Below, piece after piece: positions 49,415-62,804 of a stretch of 64,000 bases of DNA. The stretch is from Stegostoma tigrinum (taxonomy: Eukaryota). Both the position numbers and the translations under genes were made by a program. The DNA is taken from contig NC_081370.1 in the NCBI RefSeq assembly GCF_030684315.1, positions 34,242,728 to 34,306,727 of the forward strand, written 5' to 3'. Under the pieces are notes generated by a model. The model was not told the origin of the DNA. It searched no databases and worked only from the letters and a program-made list of their open reading frames with translations. Each line of letters starts with the position of its first letter. Within the stretch, counting starts at the first letter, position 1.

Positions 49415-52400
49415 AAGTGGAGGAGCACCAATATCTTTGCAGGGAGATTTGCTACTGTCACTTGGGTGAATTTAAACTACAGTGGCAGAGCAGTGGGAAA
49501 CTGAGCAGTCAGTCAGCATGTGGTGTAATTGAGGAAAAGGTCATTGTTAGGTTAAGTAAGTCTAATAGGAAGAACAGGCAGGGTGATGTTAATGAACACG
49601 GTGGGACTAGTTGTCCGAAGTGTATTTGTTTTAATGCAAGGAGTATAACAGGTAAGGCAAATGAGTTTAAAACCTAGGTTGTACGCAGGATTATGATGTG
49701 GTTGCCATTATAGAAACTTGGTTGAAAGAAGGGCAGAACTGGCAGCACCATGTTCCACGTTCAGATATTTCAGGTGAGATAAAGAGGAATGTAAAAGGGA
49801 TGGGGGAGTTTCAACACAGATTAAGGAGAATATCACAACTGGACTAAGAGGGGACATCTTGGAGGGTACATCCAGCAAGGCCACGTGGGTAGAACTCAGA
49901 ATTAAGAAAGGCACAATCACTGTGATGCAATAACGCCATCAGTCTCCCAATAGCCAATGGTAGATAATGGAACAGATAGGCCAGAAGACCATGGAATGAT
50001 ATAAAAGCAACGTGAAATTATAGGCTGGTGAGCTATATATTAGTGGTAGGGAAATTATTGGAGAAGATTTTTTTGCATTTGGAGAAGAATGGATTTATGA
50101 GGAAAAGTCAGCACGGTTTAACGCAGGGAGGTTTTGTCTCATGAATTTTAGAGATTTTTGAGAAAGTAACAAGTGGTTGATGAGTGTAAGGCAGAGGATG
50201 TTTTCTACATGGATTTTACTAAAGCACTTGATGATGTTTCCCTCATGGTGATTGATCCAGAAGGTTAAGTCACATGACATCCATGGTGTGTTTATAAGTT
50301 GGACACACAATTGCTTAGTTATGGAGGGGTGATTTTCTGACTGGAGGCCTGTGATCAGTGATGTTCTGTGAGGATCAGTACTGGGACCTCCTTTGGTTCT
50401 AAGATAGCCAAATGACTTGGATGAAAATGTCGGTGGTAGGTTTGCAGGCAACACGAAAATTGATAGACTTGTGGATAGTAAGGAAGGTTGTCAAAGGATG
50501 CAAAAGGACATAGGTCATAGAGTCACAGACACATACAACACGGAATATGGTACAACTCGACCATGCTGACCAGATATCCGAAATAAATCTAGTCCCACTT
50601 GCCAACATTTGGCCCATACCCCTCTAAACCTTCCTATTCATATACACATTCATATACACATTCAGATGTCTTTCAGATGTTGGAATTGTACCAGCCTCCA
50701 CCAGTTCCCCAGCAGCTCATTCCATACACACACCACCTGCTGCATGAAAAATTTGCCACTTAAATCCCTCTTAAATCTTTCCCCTCTCACTTTACACCTA
50801 TGCCCTCTCGTTTTGGACTCCCCTACGCTCGGCAAAGACCTTGTTTATTTACCCTAACCATGCCCCTCATGATTTTATAAACCTCTGAGGTCACCCCTCA
50901 GCCTCCAACGCTCCAGGGAAAATAGGCCCAGTCTAATCAGTGTCTCCATATTGGTCAAACCCTGCAACCTTAGCAACATCCTTGTAAATCTTTTCTGAAC
51001 CCTTTCAAGTTTCACAACATCGTTCCAACAGCAGGGGGAGCAACATTGCATGCAGTATTCCAATAGTGGCCTAATCAATGTCCTTTACAGCCACAACATG
51101 TCCTCCCAACTCGGATACTCGATGCACTGACCAATAAAAGGCAAGCATACCAAATGCCACCTTCACTGTTCTATCTACCTGCGACTCCACTTTCAAGATT
51201 GAAAAGTCAAGTGAAGAAATGGCAGGTGGAGCTTAATCTGAACAAGTGAGAAGTGATGCATTTTAGGAGGTCAAATAAAAGAGGAAGGTATACTGTAAAT
51301 GGCAGTACACCTGGGAATATGAATATACAGAAGGATCTTAGAGTGCAAGTCCATGACCCCTGAAAGTAGCAACACAAGTGGATAAAGTAGTAATGAGGGC
51401 ATATGACTGTTGCCTTCATCAATCAGGGCATTGAATACAGAAGTTGGCAAGTTAAGTTGCATCAGCATATAACTTTAGTTACGCCACATTTGGAGTACTG
51501 TATGTAGTTCTGTTTGCCACACCATAGGAAGGTTGTGGAGGCTTCTGAGGGGGTACAAAAGAGGTTTACTAAGATGTTAGACAACAAGGTGTAGAGCTGA
51601 ATGAACACAGCAGGCCAAGCAGCATCAGAGGAGCAGGAACGCTGATGTTTCGGGCCTAGACACTGCTTCAGAAATGGGGGAGGGGAAGGGGGTTCTGAAA
51701 TGAATAGGGAGGGGGAGTGGATAGAAGATGGATGGAGGAGAAAATAGGTGGAGAGGAGACAGACAGGTTGAAGTGGCGGGGATGGAGCCAGTAAAGGTAA
51801 GTGTAGGTGGGGAGTTAGGGAGGAGATAGGTCAGTCTAGGGAGGGCAGACAGCTCAAGGGGGTGGGATGAGGATAGTAGGTAGGAGACAGGGGTGGGGTT
51901 TGAGATGGGAGGAGGGGATCGGTGGGAGGAAGAACAGGTTAGGGAGGCGGGGACAAGCTGGGCTGGTTTTGGGATGCGGTAGGGGGAAGGGAGATTTTGA
52001 AGCTGGTGAAATCCACATGGATACCATTGGGCTGCAGGGTTCCCAAGCAAAATATGAGGTGCTGTTCCTGCCACCTTTGGGTGGCATCGCTGTGGCACTG
52101 CAGGAGGCCCAGGATGGACATGTTGTCTGAGGAGTGGGAGTGGGAGTTGAAATGGCTTGCGACTGGCGATGGTGGGGTCAGATTGCAGATGGTGGAAGTG
52201 TCGGAGGATGATGCTTTGGATCTGGCGGTTGGTGGGGTGGTACGTGAGGAGGAGAGGGATTCTGTTTTGGTTGCTGCGGGGAGGGGGTTTGAGGGATGAG
52301 TTGCAGGAAATGCAGGAGAAACTGTCGAGGTCGTTCTTGACCAATGAGGGGGGGAAGTTGCAGTCCTTGAAAAATGAGAGCATCTGAGATGTTACAGGAG

Positions 52401-53345
52401 TGGAATGCCTCATCCTGGGAGCAGAAACAGTTGAAGCAAAGGAATTGGGAATAGGGGATGGCATTTTTGCAGGAGGGTGGGTGGGAGGAGGTGTATTCTA
52501 GGTAGTTGTGGGAGTCAGTGGGCTTGAAATGGAAATCGGTTTCCAGGTGGTTGCCAGAGATGGAAACAGAGGTGTCCAGGAATGAGAGAGAGGTATCAGC
52601 AATGGTCCTGGTGAGCCTAAGGCGTTGGTGAAGTGGATGAACTGTTCAAGCTCCTCATGGGAGCACGAGGCGGCACCGATACAGTTGTTGACGTAACGGA
52701 GGAAGAGGTGGGGGATGGGGCCAGTGTAGCTATGGAAGAGGGATTGTTCCACGTAACCTACAAAGAGGTAGGCGTATCTTGGGCCCATGCGGGTACCCAT
52801 GGCCACTCTCTTTGTCTGTAGGAAGTGGGAGGAATTGAAAGAGAAGTTCTTGAGGTGAGGACGAGTTCCCTCTCCCTTTACTAGGATGTTGCCTGGATTG
52901 GAGTGTGTTAGCCATAAGGAGAGGTTGAACAAAGCTGGATTGTTTTTGCTCGAGTGTCAGAGACTGAGGGGCAGCCTGATAAAAGTATATAAAATTGAGA
53001 AGCATGGACAAGGCAGGTCATAAAATCCTTTTTCCAGGGTGAAAATGTCAAATAATAGGGGGCATTGATTTAAAGTAAGAGGGGAAAAGTTTGAAGGAAA
53101 TGTGCGAGGAAAGCCTTTTGTTTTACACAAAGTGTTTAGGTGCCTTGACTGTACTGCCAAGGGAAGTGGTAGAAACAGATATAGTAGCAATGTTTAAGTG
53201 GCATTCAGACAGTCACAAGAACAAGCAGGGAACAGAGGGATACAGAGCGTGTGCATGCACATGAGATTAGTTTAGATTGGCATCATGGTTGACGCAATCA
53301 TGGTGGGCTGAAGGGCCAGTTTCTGTGCTGTGCTGTTATGTGTTC
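49415..53345 (+). mobile_element. Degenerate CR1 LINE (+) interrupted by an antisense CR1 3' end (~50514-51195) and a Penelope element
   Basis: CICFNARSITGKANEF (APE start), RT pieces, 3' tail at ~53300-53345. Confidence 0.85.
51579..52876 (-). mobile_element. Penelope-like element (RT C-terminus + endonuclease + pLTR)
   Basis: AMGTRMGPRYAYLFVG...FLRYVNNCIG; 14-bp TSD TTTACTARGATGTT at 51565 and 52877. Confidence 0.9.
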
Positions 53346-53499
53346 TTTGTTCAGGCTCGTCTAGCTTGGACTGAGATGTGGCTGAGTCAGTGCTGTGTCT
53401 CAGGTGAAACAGGAGGCCCAGCAACGATTTCCTCCACTTCACAAGGATTAGTGCTACCACCTTCTGTATGCTACCTTACACATTCAAGGTCACCACTTA

Positions 53500-54432
53500 T
53501 TTGAACTCTACCACCATGCAGTCCTCTCATGACGATGTGTAGATTATTGTATAAAACATGTAGCTGCAGTCACCTTCTCAGCAAATTACTATTGGTTCCT
53601 ATTTACTCACTGGGGACACCTCACCTGCTGTCCTGCTCATGCATCATTGCTGGCTGCCCTTCCATCCACTTCCATTACACCCAACCCACCTTATGTCTTA
53701 TTGCATGAAAAAATGAACCTCAACGAGTCTGAGAGGGCGAAGACTAGGCAGCGGGTGATGGTGGACAAAAGGCTCCCACCTCAGAAACAAAGAAAAGGTT
53801 GCACTTGGCTGGAGAAGACCACAGCCACTCACTGGGGCTTCATGAGCAACCAACGCCATGCGCTTATTGTGCCATGTTGTAGTGCTGCCTGACTGCCACC
53901 AACATTACACTCCATCCTAGTCACTGTCCTGATCCTCATCATCTTCCTCTGAAGATTGCTGTTGACCACTAATTATCTCCACATTCAGGATTTTGTCATT
54001 TCCAGTTGTGAAGGGTGCAGTATGCCATAATCATGTAACATACCCTTTCTTGCCTACACTGTAAAACTTCTCCAGGCATTAAAACCTTATCATAACAAGC
54101 CTGTGGTCTGTTCCACTGTGACACTGTTGGAAGTATGGACTGTGCTGTATCTCCATTTGTATCACTCTGAGGGTTTTGTAAAGGTTTTATGAGCTGTATT
54201 TGAAAGGGGTTAGGTCTTGTCTCTCAGTAGCCATCCCTGCATAGCCCAAGGAACTTGGAAAGAAGTAGGAACCTTTGTGTTCTCCCAGCAACTCCCAGGA
54301 TATATCGCACTGAGCTCCAAGATCTGGCATCGATGATCACAGATAAGTTCAACATTAATGGATTGGTGGCCTTTTGCATTAACAAACTGTACAGGTTGGG
54401 GCTTGAGGCCTCTCACTGAAACTGGCACCACC
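53500..54432 (-). mobile_element. PIF/Harbinger DDE transposase relic
   Basis: FVNAKGHQSINVELICDH...YPGS...GWLLRD matches the Harbinger NRKGxHSxNVQxVCD/PGS/LLGD motifs. Confidence 0.78.
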
Positions 54433-54669
54433 TAGTTTCCTGGGAAAGGATTCGACAATTCAAAGCTGTATAGAAGTGAGTAAATCTACAAATGAAATGC
54501 AAATGTATGGAATAAAGTAGTCACCACTCATCAGTAAGATTCAGAACTGGTCAGTTAAAGTCCAATTGGAAAATTAAAATATTTAAAATGCAGCACACAT
54601 GATAATAAGTTGTCAATCCATCAGTTAACTTAGTGAATGGGTGAAAAACAGATCTGAATTTTCTGCTAA

Positions 54670-55043
54670 AGATAACAAAGTGTGAAGCTGGATGAACACA
54701 GCAGCCCAAGCAGTATCCCAGGAGCACAAAAGCCTCCATTTCCCACCTACCAACCTCATCCTGCCTCCTTGACCTGTCCATCCTCCCTGGACTGACCTAT
54801 CCACTCCCCACCTCCCCACCTATACTCTCCTCTCCACCTGTCTTCTCCTCTATCCATCTTCGGTCCGCCTCCCCCTCTCTCCCTATTTATTCCAGTTCCC
54901 TCTCCCCATCCCCCTCTCTGATGAAGGGTCTAGGCCCGATACGTCAGCTTTTGTGCTCCTGAAATGCTGCTTGACCTGCTGTGTTCATCGAGCCCCACAC
55001 TTTGTTATCTTGGATTCTCCAGCATCTGCAGTTCACATTATCT
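54670..55043. mobile_element. Inverted-pLTR Penelope derivative
   Basis: TCTGAATTTTCTGCT duplicated on both sides. Confidence 0.85.
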
Positions 55044-55529
55044 CTGAATTTTCTGCTGCTCTCCAGCTTCAGTTTACTGTTCACAAATGTGGAAATCACA
55101 TTTTAATGAGCGAACAAAATTCACAAGTGGACTTTCATTCTCCAGCAACAATTTTGCCCGCTATTTACTGGCATCGTAAGTGTGAATATTGCTGAAATCC
55201 TACTTTATCTAATTGTGACGGTTTTGTTTTGGTTGTTCACTATGACCAGACACTGGGCTCATTTGGCATATTGGTAGTGTTCTTATCTCCAAGCAAGGAG
55301 GCCTGATTTGACGCCCCACCTGCTGCAGAGTTTTGTATCTTTGAACAGATTCATTCGTAATAAATCCATAACCAGGTATTTGTTACTGCTATGTTCATCT
55401 TGGGCAGTGAAAGGATTGAGACAAATGTCTTGTTGAATTGGTTTCCAAATGTCTGAATAGAAGTCGGCTGAAGAACTGAGCTAATGGTGCACTTGTAATA
55501 CTGCCCCATTCAGGGTTCAAATGCCATTG

Positions 55530-55815
55530 ATATGACGGGTGAGTGGGGTGAGATTAATAAAGAACCCAAGAGGCAACTTTTTCATACAGAGCTGGAGCAT
55601 GTACAGAATGAGCTACTACAGAACATGGTGGAGGCTGTTAGAATTAAAACATTTAAAAGGCATCTGCGTTAGTACATGAACAGGAAGGGTTTAGAAGGTT
55701 ATGGCCCAAATGGTTGTAGATGGGACTAAATTAATTTGGGATATCTGGCGGGCATGGATGAGTTGAATCAAATGGTCTGTTTCTGTGCTGTACAACGCCA
55801 TGACTCTGACTCTAT
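55530..55815 (+). mobile_element. CR1 LINE 3' end
   Basis: GGCAACTTTTTCATACAGAG...TCTGTTTCTGTGCTGTA...ATGACTCTGACTCT tail. Confidence 0.75.
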
Positions 55816-55934
55816 TTCATGGCTAAGTATTTTGATGGCATTGATTTTAAGGGTGACAAGAAGCAAATACCATTGATACAAGTCAATGTATTTTGTACAC
55901 AAGGCTGATATATTTTGACTTCATTGTTTTTAAG

Positions 55935-55991
55935 GACAACAAGAAGCAGATGAAGCTAAACATGAATCTGAAAGGTCGTTACTTGCAAAAG
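55935..55991 (+). CDS. IgSF gene exon 5, cytoplasmic linker (GQQEADEAKHESERSLLAK)
   Basis: TTGTTTTTAAG acceptor, AAG|GTAAAT donor, 57 nt phase 1-1, open, in non-repeat sequence. Confidence 0.65.
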
Positions 55992-56395
55992 GTAAATACT
56001 ATGCCAAGTATATAATGTTGATTTTTGCTGCTTCACTGACAGCCCTGCATTGGAAGAGAACAGCCAGAATGGAAATAAGGCTCCACATTTCTGAGGGTGC
56101 CTCGAGTGAAATCTCCTCTCAGAAATGAGGAGCTTCTTTCTTATATAAAAGCAAAGGGCCATTGCCACTGCTCAGAAAATCCTGCCCATTAAAGCACGGC
56201 ACCTGGTGCGTATCCACACAGATTTCCATGGGGCTGACATTCAAGTAAACTTTAAGTTCACTAAACCTGCAAGGTCAAACTGCCTTAACTTTCAAAGTTT
56301 CCACCAACTGGGCACTGTTAAAGCGATCACTCAAAGAGCCTTTAACAGTGGTTGTTTAGCTTACATATGGAACATCATAACTTAAGTAAATTTGA

Positions 56396-59300
56396 TGTAG
56401 AGGTGCTGGTATCGGACTGGGGTGGACAAAGTCAGAAGTCTCATGTCACCAGATTGTAGTCCAACAGCTTTATTTGAAATCACAAGCTTTTGGAGCACAG
56501 CCCCAATGTCAGGTGAAGAGAGGGAGGAGCACATAGATATAGAATTTATAGGCAAAGAGATCAAATATCATACAAATGATGTGAGGGAAGTGTTGAATAA
56601 TAAGTCTCTGCTGGAGATCAAAGGTATCAGACGGTGAGAGTAAAGTGTTCACAGCTGAATAACAAGCGAAGGGATAACCTATAATCTGATTAAATGAGGT
56701 GGGGAGATAATTACAAAAAAAAAAGTTGGTGCTGGAGAAAAACTAAGTGACTGGAATAACATGACAGTTATGCTGAGGATCTAACCAAAGCAAAAAGAAG
56801 TCCAAAACTGCACAACATATTTAAGGTTGAGAAATCATAACAATTTATCCAAGTGATCGTGTCAAGTAGGACAGTAAGGAAAGTTTTACAGATACAGAAC
56901 AATGTGGTGGGGTCACATTTAGAGCAACATGAATCCAAGATCACGGTTGAGGCCGTCTTCATGGATACAGAACTTGACGATCAGTCCCTGCTCAGCAATT
57001 CTGTGTTGTGTATCTTGAAGGCTACCTTGGAGGACACTTACCCGAAGATTGGAGGCTGAATGCCCTTGACCGCTGAAGTGTTCCCTGACTGGGAAGGAAC
57101 ATTTGTATCTGGTGACTGTTGTGCACTGTTCATTCATCCCTTGTTGTAGCATCTGCATGGTCTCGCCAATGTACCATGCCTCAGGGCATCCTTGCCTGTG
57201 GTGTATGAGATAGACAACATTGGCCAAGTCACATGAATATCTGCCATACACGTGGTGGGTGGTGTTCCCATGTGTGATGGTAGTGGCCATGGCGAAGATC
57301 TGACCTATCTTGCTATAGCATGGTTGAGTGGCGTTGTGGTCGATGTAGTCCTAAAGGCTGGGTGGTTTCCTGTGAACGATGGTCTGTTTAAGGTTTGGTG
57401 GTTGTCTGAAGGTGAAAAGGGGAGGCATTAGTATGACCTTGGCGAGATGCTCAATTATCATCAATGACATGCTGAAGGCTGTGAAGAAGAACGTGGTGTA
57501 GTTGCTCTGCTCCAGGGAAGTGCTGGACGGTGGAGGAGTACTCTATTGGTTGCATCCTGTGTCTGTCTTCTGAGGAGGTCTTTGCGGTTTTTCACTGTGG
57601 CGCGTCGGAACTGGCAATTGATGAGTTGAGCATTGCATCCCAGTCTTAGGAGGGCATCCTTCAAAATGTTTGGGTGCCTGCTACATTTCTCCTCATCCGA
57701 GCAGATCCTGTGCATACACAGGCCTTGTCTGTAGGGGATGGCCTCTTTAACATGTTTAGGGTGGAAACGAGAGAAGAGCAGCATTGTGAGGTTATCCATA
57801 GGCTTTGCAATAGAGTGAGGGGTTAAGGTTTCCGTCCTTGATATGGATGTGTGTGCCCAAAAATGAGATTGATTCTGAAGTGTAGTCCATGGTAAGTCTG
57901 ACAGCAAGATGAAACTTGTTAATATTGCTATGTAGTAATTTGTGATTCCTCACCATGGGTCCAAAGGGAGAAAATGTCATTGATGTATCTGGTGTATAGC
58001 ATTGACTGGAGATCCTGCACAGCAAAGAGCTCTTGCGCAAGCTTGGGTATGAAAATGTTGCATACATAGAACATAGAACACAGAACATTACAGCACAGTA
58101 CAGGCCCTTCGGCCCTCAATGTTGTGCCGACCTGTCATACCGATCTCAAGCCCATCTAACCTACACTATTCCATGTACGTCCATATGCTTATCCAATGAC
58201 GACTTAAATGTACTTAAAGTTGGCGAATCTACTACCGTTGCAGGCAAAGCGTTCCATTCCCTTACTACTCTCTGAGTAAAGAAACTACCTCTGACCTCTG
58301 TCCTATATCTTTCACCCTTCAATTTAAAGCTATGCCCCCTCGTGCTCGCTGTCACCATCCTAGGAAAAAGGCTCTCCCTATCCACCCTATTTAACCCTCT
58401 GATTATTTTATATGTTTCAATTAAGTCACATCTCAACCTTCTTCTCTCTAATGAAAACAGCCTCAAGTCCCTCACCCTTTCCTCATAAGACCTTCCCTCC
58501 ATACCAGGCAACATCCTAGTAAATCTCCTCTGCACCCCTTCCAAAGCTTCCACATCCTTCTTATAATGCGGTGACCAGAACTGTACACAATACTCCAAGT
58601 GCGGCCGCACCAGAGTTTTGTACAGCTTCACCATAACCTCTTGGTTCCGGAACTCGATCCCTCTATTAATAAAAGCTAAAACACTGTATGCCTTCTTAAC
58701 AGCCCTGTCAACCTGGGTGGCAACTTTCAAGGATCTGTGTACATGGACACCGAGATCTCTCCGCTCATCTACACTGCTAAGAATCTTACCATTAGCCCTG
58801 TACTTTGCCTTCCGACTACTCCTACCAAAGTGCATCACCTCACACTTGTCTGCATTAGACTCCATTTGCCACCTCTCAGCCCAGCTCTGCAGCTTATCTA
58901 TGTCTCTCTGCAACCTACAGCATCCTTCGTCACTATCCACAACTCCACTGACCTTAGTGTCGTCTGCAAATTTACTAACCCATCCTTCTACGCCCTCATC
59001 CAGGTCATTTATAAAAATGACAAACAGCAGTGGACCCAACACTGACCCTTGCGGTACACCACTAGTAACTGGTCTCCAGGATGAACATTTCCCATCAACT
59101 ACCACCCTCTGTCTTCTTTCAGCAAGCCAATTTCCGATCCAAACTGCTATATCTCCCACAATTCCATTCCTCTGCATTTTTGTACAATAGCCTACTGTGG
59201 GGAACCTTATTGAACGCCTTGCTGAAATCCATATACACCACATCAACCGGTTTACTCTCATCTACCTGTTTGGTCACCTTCTCAAAGAACTCAGTAAGGT

Positions 59301-62300
59301 TTGTGAGGCACAACCTTCCATTCACAAAACCGTGCTGACTATCCCTAATCAATTTATTCTTTTCGAGATGATTATAAATCCTATCCCTTATAACCTTTTC
59401 CAACACTTTACCAACAACTGAAGTAAGGCTCACTGGTCTATAATTACCAGGGTTGTCTCTACTCCCCTTCTTGAACAGGGGAACCACATTTGCTATCCTC
59501 CAGTCATCTGGCACTATTCCTGTAGACAATGACGAGTTAAAGATCAATGCCAAAGGCTTGGCAATCTCCTCCCTGGCTTCCCAGAGAACACTAGGATAAA
59601 TCCCATCCGGCCCAAGGGACTTCTCTATCTTCACCTTGTGAAGGATTTCTAATACCTCTTCCTTGTGAACTTCAATCCCACCTAGTCTAGTAGCCTGTAT
59701 CTCAGTATTCTCCTCGACAACATTGTCGTTTTCTACAGTGAATACTGTTGAAAAATATTCATTTAGCGCTTCCCCTATCTCATCTGACTCCACTGATTGG
59801 GCCTAATCTTTCTTTAGTCATTCTTTTATTCCTTAAATACCTATAGAAAGCCTTAGGGTTTACCCTGATCCTATCTGCCAACAACTTCTCATGTCTCCTC
59901 CTGGCTCTTCTGAGCTCTCTCTTTAGGTCTTTCCTGGCTACCTCGTAACCCTCAAGTGCCCTAACTGAGCCTTCACATCTCATCCTAACATAAGCCTTCT
60001 CCTTCCTCTTGACCAGAGATTCCACCTCCTTCGTAAACCACGGCTCCTGCACTCTACAGCTTCCTCCCTGCCTGACAGGTACATACTTATCTAGGACACA
60101 CAGGAGCCTTTCCTTGAATAAGCTCCACATTTCTAACGTGCCCATCCCCTGCAGTTTCCTTCCCCATTCTATGCTCCCTAAATCTTGCCTAATCTCATCG
60201 TAATTGCCTTTTCCCCCAGCTATAACTCTTGCCCAGTGGTATACACTTATCCCTTTCCATCACTAAAGTAAACATAACAGAATTATGATCGCTATCACCA
60301 AAGTGCTCACCTACTTCCAAATCTAACACCTGGCTGGGCTCATTACCCGGTATGAAATCTAATGTGGCTTCACCCCTTGTTGGCCTATCTACATACTGTG
60401 TCAGGAAGCCCTCCTGCACAAACTGGACAAAAACTGACCCATCTGTAGTACTCGAACTATAGTGTTCCCAGTCAATATTTGGAAAGTTGAAGACCCCATG
60501 ACAACCACCCTGTCTCTCTCACTCCTATCGAGAATCATCTTTGCTATCCTTTCCTCTACATATCTGGAACTATTCGGAGGCCTATAGAAAACTCCCAACA
60601 GGGTGACCTCTCCTTTCCTGTTTCTAACCTCAGCCCATACTACCTCAGTTGACGAGTCCCCAAACATCCTTTCTGCAACTGTAATACTGTCCTTGACCAA
60701 CAATGCCACACCTCCGCCCCTTTTACCATCTTCTCTGTTCTTACTGAAACATCTAAATCCCGGAACCTGCAACAACCATTCCTGTCCCTGCTCTATCCAT
60801 GTCTCTGAAATGGCCACAACATCGAAGTCCCAGGTACTAACCCATGCTGCAAGTTCACCCACCTTATTCCGGACGCTCTTGGCATTGAAGTAGACACACT
60901 TCAATCCAACTTCTTGCTTGCCAGTGCCATCTTGCTTCCCTGAAACTTTATTTTGGACCACCCTACTCTCAATCTTTTCTATAGTCGAACTACAATTTTG
61001 GTGCCCATCCCCCTGCTGAATTAGTTTAAACCCACCCGAATAGCCTAAGCAAATTTCGCCCCCAGGATATCGGTACCCCTCTGGTTCAGGTGAAGACCAT
61101 CCTGCTTGTAGAGGTCCCACCTGCCCCAATTATCCAAGAATCCAAAACCCTCCCTCCTGCACCATCCCTGTAGCCACATGTTCAACTCCTCTCTCTCCCT
61201 ATTCCTCGCCTCACTAGCACGTAGCACGGGCAACAAACCAGAGACAACAACTCTGTTCGTCCTAGCTCTCAGCTTCCATCCTAGCTCCCTGAATTTCTGC
61301 CTTAAATCCCCATCTCTCTTCCTACCTATGTCGTTGGTGCTTATGTGGACCACGACTTGGGGCTGCTCCCCCTCCCCCTTAAGGATCCAAAAACACAATC
61401 AGAGACATCACGCACCCTGGCACCTAGAAGGCACCATACCAACCGTGAGTCTCTCTCATCCCCAAAGAACCTCCTATCTGTCCCCCTAACTATGGAGTCC
61501 CCAATGACTATTGCTCTGCTCCTCTTCCCCCTTCCCTTCTGAGCAGCAGGGACAGACTCTGTGCCAGAGACCTGTGCCCCACTGCTTTCCCCTGGTAAGT
61601 CATCCCCCCAACAGTATCCAAAACAGTATACTTATTGTTGAGGGGAATGGCCACAGGGGATCCCTGCACTGCCTGCCGGTTCCCTTTCCGTCCCCTGACT
61701 GTAACCCATCTGCCTTTATCCTGTACTTGAGGAGTGACTACCTCCCTGTAACTCCTCTCAATAACCCCCTCTGTCTCCCGAATGATCTGAAGTTCATCCA
61801 GCTCCAGCTCCAGTTCCCTAACACGGTTTTCAAGGAGCTGGAGTTGGGTGCACTTCCTGCAGATGTAGTCAGCAGGGACACTAGTGGTGACCCTTACCTC
61901 CCACATTCTGCAGGAGGAGCATTCAACTGCCCTGACCTCCGTTCCCATTATTCTAAACTCCCAAGACTTTAAAAAAAGCATAAAAAATACACTTGTTACC
62001 TTACCAATCAGGCACACAGAACCTTTTTTTTTGGTTAGAGGAGGAGGATGGGTGGGAGACACTACCTGGGTAGTGTTTCGGGTAACGCAACCACGCAAAT
62101 ATATTACCTCACTCACTCACCAGTCCCGTGTCGGCTCCTGCTCAGCGTACCTCCGCCTATTCACGAGGTAAGCTTTTTAAAGATTCAAAAACCGTGACTC
62201 ACCGGCTTCCCGACAGGCTCCTGCTCCAAGCTCCTGCTTGCACTGCTTCTCAGGGGAACAGGAGAATAATTACGGTCCACATGCAGTTCCTTGCGCCTGG

Positions 62301-62610
62301 AAAAAGAACTGGTTGTCGAAGGTAAAAATGGTCGAGGATGACGCAGATGAGCTGGAGGATTACGTCTGGAAATTGGCAGGTGTTGATATTGAGTATAGAG
62401 GCTGTTGCATTGAGGCCGTCATTGTTGGGGGTGCTGGTGTGTTATTCGACACTCCACTAAGGCTATTTGTATGATCTTTTGATCTCACTGCCTATAAATT
62501 CTATGTCTGTATATTTCACCCACACTTCACCTGACAAAGGGGCTATTCTCTGAAAGCTTGTGATTTCAAATAAACCTGTTAGACCATAACCTGGTGACTT
62601 GTGACTTCTG
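56396..62610 (-). mobile_element. Second-family Penelope element with inverted termini, split by a CR1
   Basis: GIY-YIG ANVVYLI...WYIGET (56919-57290); RT at 57461-58060 resuming at ~62262 (FTFDNQFF.QAQGTACGP); ACTTAAGTAAATTTGA duplicated at 56380 and 62611. Confidence 0.88.
58065..62255 (-). mobile_element. Near full-length CR1 LINE (ORF1 zinc finger/leucine zipper/SGNH esterase; ORF2 APE + RT), frameshifted
   Basis: ORF1 CSSC..CRKC..LELELDEL and VVVHISTNDIG; ORF2 CVYFNAKS, ISETW, SDHN, GVPQGSVLGP, KFADD; (TTCTATG)n tail. Confidence 0.95.
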
Positions 62611-62804
62611 ACTTAAGTAAATTTGAGCATAACTTGTGCACAGTGTAGAGAAGGTGAGATTGCACCTATTGAGAACAAATAATCTCTTTTAAATGATGCA
62701 ATTAATGGTGCTTTCAGTTCATAATTTGTGTCTAAACAAGAATGCACAGCAGAGAGTTGGGACAAATGTTTATATTGCATTTATGTTTTATTTTTATATC
62801 ATAG

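Noticed and set aside
54210-54431. Domesticated HARBI1 gene
   Set aside because: Fragmentary, with catalytic motifs damaged (HD segment missing, LLGD>LLRD); a transposon relic.
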